Below are positions 9,301 to 18,035 of a DNA stretch of 64,000 bases, one piece after another. Source of the stretch: Lachnospiraceae bacterium (GTDB taxonomy: Bacteria > Bacteroidota > Bacteroidia > Bacteroidales > Bacteroidaceae); NCBI GenBank assembly GCA_963659505.1, contig CAVKUV010000002.1, positions 25,427 through 89,426 on the forward strand, written 5' to 3'. The position numbers and the translations under genes are program-made. Numbering within the stretch: the first letter of the stretch is position 1; each line of letters begins with the position of its first letter. The notes under the pieces were generated by a model. The model was given only the letters and a program-made list of their open reading frames with translations, was not told the origin of the DNA and did no database searches.

Positions 9301-10913
9301 CGAAGAACGGCAATGGGCAGACTTCTATCAGCAGCGTCAACCACATCGGCTCGACCACGATCAACGCTGGTGTGCTTAGCGTCAATACGCTGGCCAACAA
9401 CAGTGGTCAGGACAATGGCGCGTTGGGTGGTGTGTCGTCTGCCATCGTCATCGACAAGAACGCCACGCTGAAGATTACTGCCAATGTAACCAGCGACCAG
9501 ACCATAAAGGTTGGCAAGGACAGTGCCGTAATCAATGTGGCATCGGGCGTCACCTTCACGCAGAACTCGGGCATCGGTGCCGTTGACACCAAGAACGCCG
9601 TGCTGACAAAGAGCGGTGACGGAACGTTTAAGCTTGGCGCCGGACACAAACTTACCGAACTGTTGCTCGACAACGGCACCGTGAACGCCGTGGAGTCGAG
9701 TGGGGTGGTGCAGCTGCCCGCTACGGTCACGGTGAGGAAGGGCGTGATATACGATCCCAACAGTGAAGGGTCATACACGACAAACAAGACAAACTTCGTG
9801 GTGCCGGCTCTCTGCAACGCCTCTGTTTACTGCGACCCGCGCTGCGACTACACCGGAACGCTTACCGGCAGTGGCACGTTCGTGATATATGCCGCTGGCG
9901 TGCGCAACTACTTCAAGGGCGACTGGAGCCAGTTTGAGGGAACTCTGATACCTGGTCTGCAAAAGCGCGGCACATACGACCCGCAGTTCCTCTTCTCCAA
10001 CAGTAAGGGCTTGGGCAAGTGTACTCTGCAACTCAACGAGGGCGTGGAGTTCAAGAACGAGGGCAACAATGTCGAGCTTGGCGCAGTCACGGGCAAGGGT
10101 ACGTTGTCTGGCACAGGCTCGTATATCCTTGGTGGCAACAATGCCGACATGATATTCACCACTCCCTGCAACTCCAACATCATCAAGCGTGGCTCTGGCA
10201 AGCTCGACATCAGGGCTTTGGGCGTCGTGGCGGGAAGCATCACAGTGGAGGATGGCTCGTTGGCCAACTATATGCTTTCATACAAGGAGAAGCTCAACGG
10301 CACTTATTCGGTGACGATGAAGAACGAGTCGAAGTTCCTTGGCAGCAGCTATGTCAACAGCTTCTTCCTCAAGGACAACTCGCGACTTGAACTTATCAAG
10401 GCTACCACAGCTGCCACACCGGCCACATTCAAGACCGACGGCATGTTCCAGGCTGCGTCTGGCTCTACGGTGCTGTTCAAGATCAACTCGGCTTCGTCTT
10501 ACTCCAAGCTTGAGATTGGCGGCTATCTCATCTTGCCACAAATAGAGGTGGTGCTTGGCGACAACTACAGTCCCAAGGTGGGCGACAGTTTCACGCTATG
10601 GACGGCCAACAAGATGACTACCTCCGATGTCACTTGTGTGCTTCCCGAACTGCCCAGCGGCCTCTATTGGGATGCCACAGCCCTCAATGGCACGAGCGGC
10701 GTGCTCACAATCGTTGACAGTCCCACGGGTATCAATGGCACTACGACATCTTCTGCCCACGACTATGAGGTGTACAACGTCAGCGGCATGCTCCTTGGCA
10801 CGGTACACTGCACCAAGGCTAACGTGCGCAAGGCTGTGCGTGGCATGGGCGTAGCCTCTGGCACCTACATCCTGCGTGGTGCTTCCACCGAAATTAAGGT
10901 GGTGGTTAGGTAA
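6393..10913 (+). CDS. Secreted rhamnogalacturonan lyase (PL11, YesW-like) with autotransporter-associated beta-strand repeats and a T9SS-like C-terminus
   Basis: Signal peptide; YNIYRDG, DVDGDGEVE, ARGIYTR, GQGYHN, GHGDAQH, DILGDWREE, YNQPPH PL11 motifs; then KxGxGxL repeats; ends YNVSGM..GTYIL..IKVVVR. Confidence 0.9.
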   Translation: MKKQLLLGLLGIASAGSMFAQRPTDALGRDLVAVYTANNTVYCSWRIPAEEYYDVKYNIYRDGVKLNDTPLATSNYTDKSGSLTSQYSVEAIVRGTAQAKSKAVTPWTKNYLEVKMDHGSLTSTYVPNDACCADVDGDGEVEILLKFDNNSDATNGYKPEGYNGEYAIIEVYKLNGKKLWWIDLGPNMADFQNNENNIVAFDWDRDGKAEAVLRAADGTVIHMADGTTKVIGDQTKNYRPSGGASGQWFIHDGAEYLLYLNGETGEPYQIMDYPLKRLEAGETNLEKAWGDGYGHRSTKHFFGAPFLDGKHASIFLARGIYTRHKMIALDVDPATHQLTERWRWNNNTPGSAWYGQGYHNFGIADVDMDGRDEIVYGSMVIDDNGKGLSTSGLGHGDAQHCGDFDPYTWGLEIFACNEDRPMNNYRDATTSKIYYRATGSSDDGRSIAGNFLDEYPGAQCRSAKDGNIIGGASHAALEGAPTSGMATNFRIYWDGDLLEETFNYVNGKNTEGGIYKGGRSSVMATLEGSMTNNDTKGTPCYQGDILGDWREEVIMRTASNDIRIYTTTYETPWRNYSLWHDHQYRNAMVWQMCGYNQPPHASYFLGKSEGITVAPPPLTLTGRTVVEGGGSIGSDLNGEHVLLADQGDVEVSVAQGASPYIFTDNAPSWTQGHDNNDNITTETFTHTLTGGAFTGSMRLVKQGEGVLQLPNVVETYTGSTDVWNGTLRFDGTLQQSRLWLNRHTTLETNGGTFAKGIQADYNATIKIGADDAAGTLTTDSLLLGFGSRVVFDLFSDGTAADKVKANVLKIEKKNWKNGPRYDAPIFKFVSHAADGESKLAEGKYLLCEAPTLDGDVANVTIEGLSAQKGVLSYEDGKLYITVSNFEPTEVTWQGNESGIWDIDGASNFKEDKSGAAAAFVPGDSVVFDDNADVTDITVQGNVAPASITFNNNVKAYTISGDSIAGNPTLTKNGNGQTSISSVNHIGSTTINAGVLSVNTLANNSGQDNGALGGVSSAIVIDKNATLKITANVTSDQTIKVGKDSAVINVASGVTFTQNSGIGAVDTKNAVLTKSGDGTFKLGAGHKLTELLLDNGTVNAVESSGVVQLPATVTVRKGVIYDPNSEGSYTTNKTNFVVPALCNASVYCDPRCDYTGTLTGSGTFVIYAAGVRNYFKGDWSQFEGTLIPGLQKRGTYDPQFLFSNSKGLGKCTLQLNEGVEFKNEGNNVELGAVTGKGTLSGTGSYILGGNNADMIFTTPCNSNIIKRGSGKLDIRALGVVAGSITVEDGSLANYMLSYKEKLNGTYSVTMKNESKFLGSSYVNSFFLKDNSRLELIKATTAATPATFKTDGMFQAASGSTVLFKINSASSYSKLEIGGYLILPQIEVVLGDNYSPKVGDSFTLWTANKMTTSDVTCVLPELPSGLYWDATALNGTSGVLTIVDSPTGINGTTTSSAHDYEVYNVSGMLLGTVHCTKANVRKAVRGMGVASGTYILRGASTEIKVVVR

Positions 10914-10948
10914 ACGAAGCCATTAGGCTACACCTATATAATATATAA

Positions 10949-11008
10949 GGGACGTTCCGTCCACCGATGCTCCATGTGGGCGCGGTGCGTGGAACGTCTC
11001 TTTTTTTG
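10949..11008 (+). terminator. Intrinsic terminator
   Basis: gggacgttcc ... ggaacgtctc stem followed by T7. Confidence 0.7.
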
Positions 11009-11072
11009 CTTTTGCATATACGTGTGCGTTGGTTGTTTTTAAACACTCTTTATCAAAATAAGTTCAATTAGG

Positions 11073-11104
11073 TTTGCGAATGTTGCGTGAAATGCTTATC
11101 TTTG
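11073..11104 (+). promoter_or_regulatory. Promoter of the 899-aa gene
   Basis: TTTG (11073-11076), 20 nt, TATCTTTG (11097-11104). Confidence 0.7.
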
Positions 11105-11160
11105 CAAAAGTTGCAATACTAAAAACGACAAACTTTTAAATCAAACAAACATTAACCGTT

Positions 11161-13860
11161 ATGAACAAACGAATTCTACTACCTTGTTTGGGGCTTCTCT
11201 GCTCCTTAGGTTCGTTTGCTTACGAAAAGGGCGACTATGTGTTTACACCCACAGAGCGCCTGAAAGTGACAAGCGAAACAAACCTTATTACTAATGGAGA
11301 CTTCTCGGTGCAGTCGCCCAGCGACGCCAACTTCGGATGGAAGGACGCCACTGGTGCCAATGTGTCTACCGACTACTGGTTGCCCACATCCACAGAAGGC
11401 TACGAAGGCAAGGCCGGTCTTATAAGCCAGTCTGACGATGCTGCTGCCACTCTTTATCAGGCTGTGCCTTTCACGGCAGGACAGAAGCTTGTGGTTTCTT
11501 TCAAGATAAAGGCGTCTGACGCATTCACATCTTCAATAACATCGGGCAACACCAACTATATCGACGTGTATGCCAATGCTGATGGCTCTGTCAGCAAGAC
11601 AGCCGAGCGTTTCCAACAGGTGGCTTCTACAGTGGCCATTGGAAGCGAGTGGACCGATGTTGCATACTGCTTCACCGACACTGTGTCTGGCGGAAGCACT
11701 GGTTCTGTCGTAATCTCTCTTGGCCGTCTGCCTCAGGGTACTGTGATTAGCGACTTCGAGGTGAAGGAGGTTAAGCAGGTGTTCGACACGCGTATCGCCG
11801 ATCGTGCCTTTGCTTACACCGACTATCTGCTTGAGAACGAATCCCTCTTCCCCGAAGGAATTGATGATTTCAAGGAGTACTATAACGAGGTGAAGGAAGG
11901 TATCTACACTGAGGATGCTGACGACATCACGACCGCAGAAGCCATGCTTGAGGGCTTTGATGACGTTCAGGAGGAGTGGCTCGACCAAAACTCAACTGAG
12001 CTTATCACCTATTGCAGTAAGTATGACATCACGACAGTAAGTGCTGCTTCCAAGGGCTTGAAGAATACCGGTGATTGGTATTTTGAACCTTCAGGTTCGC
12101 GTTGGGCACACTCGTCTGGTTCTGCATATTTCAATAGTTCGATTTCTGGAAACTATTCTCTTCCTGCACAGACTTGTATGATTAAGAAGTCTGTAGGTGC
12201 TCCATTCACCGCAGGCGAGAAATTCCTCTTCCGTATGGATGGCATGGGCTATCACTACTTCAAGTCAAAAGTGGACGGTAGCTATTATACAGCAGACTAT
12301 TCGAAAGTGGTAGAGTCTGCAAAGATGTTTGTCAACAACGATACCGTTACATGGACAAGCGTTAGTCCACGCGCTTATTCTACGTATGGCGCCATTGGCA
12401 CTGTTCCAACTGATGCAGAACAAGTGATTGCCGGAATCCAGTTTGCTGACTTTGGCGACCACGGTGGTTGGGTTTCTTGCGGTAAGCCGTCACTGCGCAT
12501 CATCGGCTATTCAGAGAGTGCCATCAAGCGCGCCAAGTACATCAACGATGTTTATGTTCAGCAACAGGCTCTGAAGACTCGTTTGGACAATGCCGCTGCC
12601 GACATCTCCGACGCTCAGCGTCCTTGGGGCAACCAGCCATTGCAGGATTCTGTTGATGTGTACACTCCGCTCTACGAGGCTTCGTTGGCTTATGTTGATG
12701 CAGAGGGCAACGACTTGAAGAACCCCGACATGCCTGCATCTGGTTATGAGGATACTCTGCTTGCTGCCGTGCGCAACATGAATACTGCACGCAACAACTT
12801 CTCTAAGATTAATAAACCGTTCACCGACATCGTGTCAGCCGTAGCTGCTGCCAATGAGACGAAGGCTCTCCGCATCTACTCTGGTTCTACCAAGAAGGGT
12901 GAGCTGGATGCTGCCATCACAGCTGCACAGGATTTGCACGACGCTAAGCTCACCACAACATTCAACAGCGAAGACTCTTTGGCCTTGGTGAATGTTAACA
13001 GTGACCTCGTGTCAGCTATCGCCGCTTACAAGGAGGCTGTGCCACAGACTACAATCGTTGACATCGACTTTGGTACACAGGAGAACCCGACTGCCATTAT
13101 GGCTCGCACGGAAGGCACAGAGGAAGATGGAACTACGGTTTACTATATCCCAGGTGCTCAGGGCGAGATGGTCTTGACTGATTCCACTTGCTGCGCTCTT
13201 GGCTATGAGAACACAGACAGCTTGGGTATGCTTCACTTTGGTCCTACTACGGGTACTGTGAAGTTCTCTGGTGCTCCTATAAAGTCAACAGACATTGTTA
13301 AGGTTTCGTTCGATTACTATTTCGGCAACTTGCTGAACTGCTCTGCTGGTTGGTATATCAAAGACGCTGATGGCAACGATATCGCCGCTCTGTATTTCTC
13401 TAAGTACAACGGAACAGCTACTGTCAATACATTAGATGTCAACTTCAACAGTTATGTTGTAGGTGCTGGTTCGTCTAGCGTTTCAAATGCAGCCATTGCA
13501 GCAAAGAGCAACCGCACTCACTTCGATGTAATCCTTGACTATGGCAAGGCTAAGATGTATTGCGAGACAAGCAGTACTAAGGGTGATGCTCGCACAGAGG
13601 AGGTTGACCTTAATGTCGCTCAAACACCTGCACAGTTCCTTATCAGCAGCAATTACAACACCGCTGCTCGTTACTGCTGGTTCGACAACTTAAAGATTTC
13701 GAATGTCGCCGCTGGTGAATATGACGGAATCAACGATGTGACCACAGGCAAGGACGCTGTGAAGAACAATGTGAAATACAACCTTGCAGGTCAGCGCATA
13801 ATGACTCCTTCTAAGGGTCAGATCTACATCATGAACGGCAAGAAGTACATTGCCAAGTAA
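11161..13860 (+). CDS. Secreted multidomain protein of unknown function (CBM-like N-terminal domain, helical linkers, T9SS-like C-terminal signal)
   Basis: Signal peptide; NLITNGDFS start typical of CBM4/9-like folds; C-terminus DGINDV..YNLAGQR..KGQIYIMNGKKY. Confidence 0.75.
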   Translation: MNKRILLPCLGLLCSLGSFAYEKGDYVFTPTERLKVTSETNLITNGDFSVQSPSDANFGWKDATGANVSTDYWLPTSTEGYEGKAGLISQSDDAAATLYQAVPFTAGQKLVVSFKIKASDAFTSSITSGNTNYIDVYANADGSVSKTAERFQQVASTVAIGSEWTDVAYCFTDTVSGGSTGSVVISLGRLPQGTVISDFEVKEVKQVFDTRIADRAFAYTDYLLENESLFPEGIDDFKEYYNEVKEGIYTEDADDITTAEAMLEGFDDVQEEWLDQNSTELITYCSKYDITTVSAASKGLKNTGDWYFEPSGSRWAHSSGSAYFNSSISGNYSLPAQTCMIKKSVGAPFTAGEKFLFRMDGMGYHYFKSKVDGSYYTADYSKVVESAKMFVNNDTVTWTSVSPRAYSTYGAIGTVPTDAEQVIAGIQFADFGDHGGWVSCGKPSLRIIGYSESAIKRAKYINDVYVQQQALKTRLDNAAADISDAQRPWGNQPLQDSVDVYTPLYEASLAYVDAEGNDLKNPDMPASGYEDTLLAAVRNMNTARNNFSKINKPFTDIVSAVAAANETKALRIYSGSTKKGELDAAITAAQDLHDAKLTTTFNSEDSLALVNVNSDLVSAIAAYKEAVPQTTIVDIDFGTQENPTAIMARTEGTEEDGTTVYYIPGAQGEMVLTDSTCCALGYENTDSLGMLHFGPTTGTVKFSGAPIKSTDIVKVSFDYYFGNLLNCSAGWYIKDADGNDIAALYFSKYNGTATVNTLDVNFNSYVVGAGSSSVSNAAIAAKSNRTHFDVILDYGKAKMYCETSSTKGDARTEEVDLNVAQTPAQFLISSNYNTAARYCWFDNLKISNVAAGEYDGINDVTTGKDAVKNNVKYNLAGQRIMTPSKGQIYIMNGKKYIAK

Positions 13861-13882
13861 TACTTGATTAGATAACATTTTT

Positions 13883-13930
13883 GAGGGGATGGAATTGTCA
13901 TGATGGCAGTTTCCATCCCCTCTTTGTTTT
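13883..13930 (+). terminator. Intrinsic terminator
   Basis: gaggggatggaa ... ttccatcccctc stem followed by tttgtttt. Confidence 0.8.
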
Positions 13931-14002
13931 GTATTGTGTCCAATTTGTTGTTCCTACTTTTGAGTGGCCTATTATCCTTGTATATTTGCTTCGGCGTATG
14001 CT

Positions 14003-14088
14003 GCGCCCTGAAAGGGCAACTACACATAGCCCAGGGCAACGCCCTGGGTTTCAAGAGTTCACATTCTAATTCGCGCCCTGAAAGGGCA
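14003..14088 (+). repeat. Hairpin repeat family D (GCGCCCTGAAAGGGCA x2 around cccagggc-aac-gccctggg)
   Basis: Identical 16-mers at 14003-14018 and 14073-14088 flanking an inner hairpin. Confidence 0.8.
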
Positions 14089-14160
14089 GCTGCATGAAGT
14101 CATGCTTGATTTGGAAATAGGCTATCCATTTTGATGTACCTATTTGTGGAAGGTGGGCAA

Positions 14161-14254
14161 GTAGTTGGCGACGTGTCTCACGTCGCAACTGTTGCATTGC
14201 CGCTTGGTGTGCTTTGAGACACCGCACCCACTGCAAGGAGGCAACAAATTGAAC
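14161..14254 (-). repeat. REP-doublet element family A, copy 5 (reverse)
   Basis: gtagttggcgacgtgtctcacgtcgc ... gagacaccgcacccact; flank caacaaattgaac 14242-14254; matching gtccaatttgttg at ~13938. Confidence 0.85.
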
Positions 14255-14357
14255 ACCCTGCTTTGTTAGTGTGAATTTGTGTGGCAAGGTCAGCGTATGT
14301 CCGAAATAAATAGTAATTTTGGAGTCAGAAACGATATAGCCACAATGAGGATGCACA

Positions 14358-14696
14358 ATGGGAAAAAAAGAGGAACATCACGTGTGTTTGGACGCAATAG
14401 GGGTAGCTGACTTCTCAATGAAGGAGATTCGTGAGTGTGAGTACAAACGTAAATACAGCCGTACCATCAAAAGCTCCCTCAATATAGCCCTTCAACAAAA
14501 TTTTGAGATGTGGTTCGCTGAGGAATATAAACAGGGATACGAGCAGGGATATGCCAAAGGATATGCGATGGGACTAGCAGAGGGTGAAAGACAAAGGGCT
14601 TTTCTTATAGCGAAAAAACTGATTGCCTCTGGTATGCCTGTGGATGCTGTGGCTAATATGACGGACTTGTCAAAAGAAGAATTGGAAAGTCTTTAG
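14358..14696 (+). CDS. Small protein resembling the C-terminal domain of Rpn / PD-(D/E)XK-transposase-family proteins
   Basis: (Y)xxG repeats QGYEQGYAKGYAMGLAEG followed by IAKKLIASGMPVDAVANMTDLSKEELESL; TAATTTTG box at 14314-14321. Confidence 0.65.
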   Translation: MGKKEEHHVCLDAIGVADFSMKEIRECEYKRKYSRTIKSSLNIALQQNFEMWFAEEYKQGYEQGYAKGYAMGLAEGERQRAFLIAKKLIASGMPVDAVANMTDLSKEELESL

Positions 14697-14993
14697 GGAG
14701 ATATTGAAGTCAACCATCGTAATGAGCGGCAATGATGTGTTGCTAATTGCGTTTTGTCTTTACTCGGTTTCTTTTGCGTCGTAGCATTGAGGCCGATAGC
14801 TTTCGTGTGCCTTATCAGAACTCGTCATGCTTTAAGACGTTAACTAACGGTCTTATTCTCGCTATGATAGTGCCTAAAAAGGTTTAACCGAACACTTGAA
14901 CTTTAATAATTGTTGGCTAAACTTTCTTTTTTGATTTAACGCAAAAATCCGCCTAAAATATATCGGCGGTAGGTCTCGAAAAGTGTGAAAAAG

Positions 14994-15025
14994 TTTGTGG
15001 CTATTGCACATTATTGTTAACTTTG
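14994..15025 (+). promoter_or_regulatory. Promoter of the SusC/SusD operon
   Basis: TTTG (14994-14997), 20 nt, TAACTTTG (15018-15025). Confidence 0.7.
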
Positions 15026-15113
15026 CCATCATAACTATGTTGGAACGAAGAAATCTACCAGCTGCTTGAAGTAAATAACTAAAAACAAATATTAATACAT
15101 TCAGTTAAAGACA

Positions 15114-18020
15114 ATGAAGAAACTCATCTGTTTTCCGCTTTTCTGCGTGGGGCTTTTAACAGCTTGCGTGGACAAAAATGAGGAAGTGGATGCTGATTCA
15201 ATGCCCGAATGGCTACACGGTAGCATATACGAGACATTGCAGAATCCACAGTCAAACGGATTGGATGGCACCTTCACATACTATCTTAAACTGGCTGACG
15301 ACCTTAACTATAAGGAGACCCTCAGCCGCACGGGTAGTAAGACGGTGTTCCCTGCCAACGACAGTGCGTTCGTCCGCTTTTTCAAAAGTAATAAGTGGGG
15401 CGTAACGAGGTACGACCAGCTTAGCACGGCCCAGAAGAAACTGCTCTTCTACAGCAGTATGCTCGACAATGCGCTGCTAACCTCTATGCTTTCCAACATG
15501 ATGGGTAGCTCGTCCATTCTCAACGGTATGGCTATGCGCCACGAGAGCACTGTTAGTGTCATCGACTCTGTTACCCACATTTACGGTCCTTCAGGAATGC
15601 CAGCCAACAACCAGTTCTGGGCAAAGCATACCAATGGACTTGACGTTGTGTATGACAACACCAAGCCGATGATGGTTCACTTTACGCGCGACTATCTTCT
15701 CAACAACAACATCACCACGTCTGGCGATGTCAACGACTTCAAAATTCTTACAGGCTCCGACTATGACGCCAGCGGCAACAACGTGTTTGTCTTTGGCGAC
15801 AAGGTGATTAAGTCGGACATCACTTGCCAGAATGGCTACATCCATCAAGTGCAGGATGTGCTCATGCCTCCTGGCAATATGGCACAGGTAATACGCGAGA
15901 ATAGCAACCTTAGCTATTTCAGCCGTATGCTCGACTACTTTAGCGCTCCTTATTTTGACCAGGCCACTACCAACAGCTACAATGACTGGGCCGTAGCCAA
16001 CGGACAGGCTCTGAAGGACTCAATCTTCCAAGTGCGCTACTTGAGCAGCAACTCTCAGGGCAACTCGCTCAACATTTCGCCCGACAACACCACCCAGCAG
16101 AACTTGCTTACATTCGACCCGGGTTGGAACCAATACTACAACAATGAAGGTAGGGCCACCAGCAGCGACAATGTGAAGGACATGGCTGCTATGTTCGTGC
16201 CTGACGACAATGCCATTAAGGCTTACTTTGGCGAGAGTGGCAACGGTGCTTACATCATGGATATATATGGCGATTTGCCAAACACCGAAGCCAACTTGTC
16301 GGCCAACCTCGACGCCCTCTACAACAAGCAGCCTGGCATCGTGCGCGACTTCGTGCGCAACCTTCAGCAAAAGTCGTTCATAAACAGTGTGCCGAGCAAA
16401 TTCTCGACTGTGACCAACACCGCCACCGAGAACATGGGCATGAACATGAGCTATCTCAAACAGAAGGACGACGGCACCTACGATCTCACCATCGCAAACA
16501 ACGGTGTGGTGTATGTGCTCAACGAGATGATTGCTCCCGACGAGTTGCAGACGGTAATGGCTCCCGCAAAGATCTATCCTGACATGCACGTGATGGACTG
16601 GTGCGTGCAGGATACCAAGTATCTCGGTGTGGACTTCGTTTACTATCTGCAGGCAGTAAGTGCCAACTACGCATTCTTCATTCCCGACGACCAGGCGTTC
16701 GACTATCATGTGACGGACACCATCCTTGGCCACAAACATGAAGGCAAGGGCGATTTCAACGCATACTATGTTGACCCGACATCGCTCAGTTCGTCACAAC
16801 CAGTGGCTCTGCGTTTCACATACAACGCATCGAAGAAGCCTGAGTTGCAGGTTAAGAAGTTCAACTACGACCCCGACACCCACATGGTTGGCGACTCGCT
16901 CTCAGAGTCTGTGAGCGTGGACAACGTTACAACACAGCTCGTCGATTTGCTCAACTACCATACCGTGGTGCTCTCCACTGGCGAAGAGATAGGTGCTAAG
17001 CACTACTACAAGACCAAGCACGGTGGCGAAATCTATGTGTCTGGCAATACCGTTGGAAGCACAGTGTATAGCGGTGAGCAGGTTGACAACGAAGCTCTGC
17101 GTCCTTCCATCGAGCGCGACTGGAGCGAGAAGAACGGTCATGCTTACCGTTTGAACGGCATTATCCAGACTCCTACCAACAGCGTGCGCACAACACTTGA
17201 GCAGCATGAAGACCGCTTCAGCTCGTTCCTCGACCTCTGCGACCGTTTCAACGGTGCCAGTGACATTATGAAGTGGGCTAATATATCCGACGAGGTTGGC
17301 AAGTTCGGCACATCCGACCAGGAGCGTTATCTTATATTCACCACTACCTATGGCAATGAGACCAGCGGTGTGTCCAACGCTTGTCTTGGCGATGGCAACG
17401 TGAAGTTCTTCAATACATATAATTATACTCTCTATGCTCCCAACAACGATGCTATGCAGAAGGCTTTCGCCGCAGGCTTGCCCACATGGGACCAGGTGGA
17501 GGCTCTGTATAACAAGTATGAGCATGAGGACGGTAGCGATGAAAATATTAGCGATGCAGAAAAGAATGACAAGGAAACAGCCTACACCATGATCAACAGC
17601 ATCCGTGAGTTCATACGCTACCACTTCCAGAGCGTTTCAATCTATGCCGACAAGACTGTTGACGCGGGCAATTACGCCACATTCCATTCCGACGACCTCG
17701 GCGTGGCTCAAAAGCTGACAGTGTCTTTCAGCACTCCCGACAAGTTCACTGTAACCGACGCCGCAGGTGTTCAGCACGTGATTGGCCAAAATGGCAAGCT
17801 CACCAACTTGATGACGCGCGACTTCTGGTTCAGCAAGGCTCGCACCGAGAAGAACAACAGCATCGTCACCTCGTCGTTCTGCGCAGTGCATGAGATTGAC
17901 GAACCGCTCTCCATGTATGCGAAGAGTTCCGACGGCCAAGTCCACTACGACACATGGAAACGTAACGGCTTGCAGAAGGCATACAACTACTTTAAACGGC
18001 TCAACGCCAATACCAAATAA
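15114..18020 (+). CDS. Fasciclin (FAS1) domain surface lipoprotein
   Basis: Lipobox LTAC; FAS1 motifs TVFPANDSAF, NGYIHQV, FVPDDNA, NGVVYVL, TLYAPNNDA. Confidence 0.85.
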   Translation: MKKLICFPLFCVGLLTACVDKNEEVDADSMPEWLHGSIYETLQNPQSNGLDGTFTYYLKLADDLNYKETLSRTGSKTVFPANDSAFVRFFKSNKWGVTRYDQLSTAQKKLLFYSSMLDNALLTSMLSNMMGSSSILNGMAMRHESTVSVIDSVTHIYGPSGMPANNQFWAKHTNGLDVVYDNTKPMMVHFTRDYLLNNNITTSGDVNDFKILTGSDYDASGNNVFVFGDKVIKSDITCQNGYIHQVQDVLMPPGNMAQVIRENSNLSYFSRMLDYFSAPYFDQATTNSYNDWAVANGQALKDSIFQVRYLSSNSQGNSLNISPDNTTQQNLLTFDPGWNQYYNNEGRATSSDNVKDMAAMFVPDDNAIKAYFGESGNGAYIMDIYGDLPNTEANLSANLDALYNKQPGIVRDFVRNLQQKSFINSVPSKFSTVTNTATENMGMNMSYLKQKDDGTYDLTIANNGVVYVLNEMIAPDELQTVMAPAKIYPDMHVMDWCVQDTKYLGVDFVYYLQAVSANYAFFIPDDQAFDYHVTDTILGHKHEGKGDFNAYYVDPTSLSSSQPVALRFTYNASKKPELQVKKFNYDPDTHMVGDSLSESVSVDNVTTQLVDLLNYHTVVLSTGEEIGAKHYYKTKHGGEIYVSGNTVGSTVYSGEQVDNEALRPSIERDWSEKNGHAYRLNGIIQTPTNSVRTTLEQHEDRFSSFLDLCDRFNGASDIMKWANISDEVGKFGTSDQERYLIFTTTYGNETSGVSNACLGDGNVKFFNTYNYTLYAPNNDAMQKAFAAGLPTWDQVEALYNKYEHEDGSDENISDAEKNDKETAYTMINSIREFIRYHFQSVSIYADKTVDAGNYATFHSDDLGVAQKLTVSFSTPDKFTVTDAAGVQHVIGQNGKLTNLMTRDFWFSKARTEKNNSIVTSSFCAVHEIDEPLSMYAKSSDGQVHYDTWKRNGLQKAYNYFKRLNANTK

Positions 18021-18035
18021 TCAAGGCGAAACACT

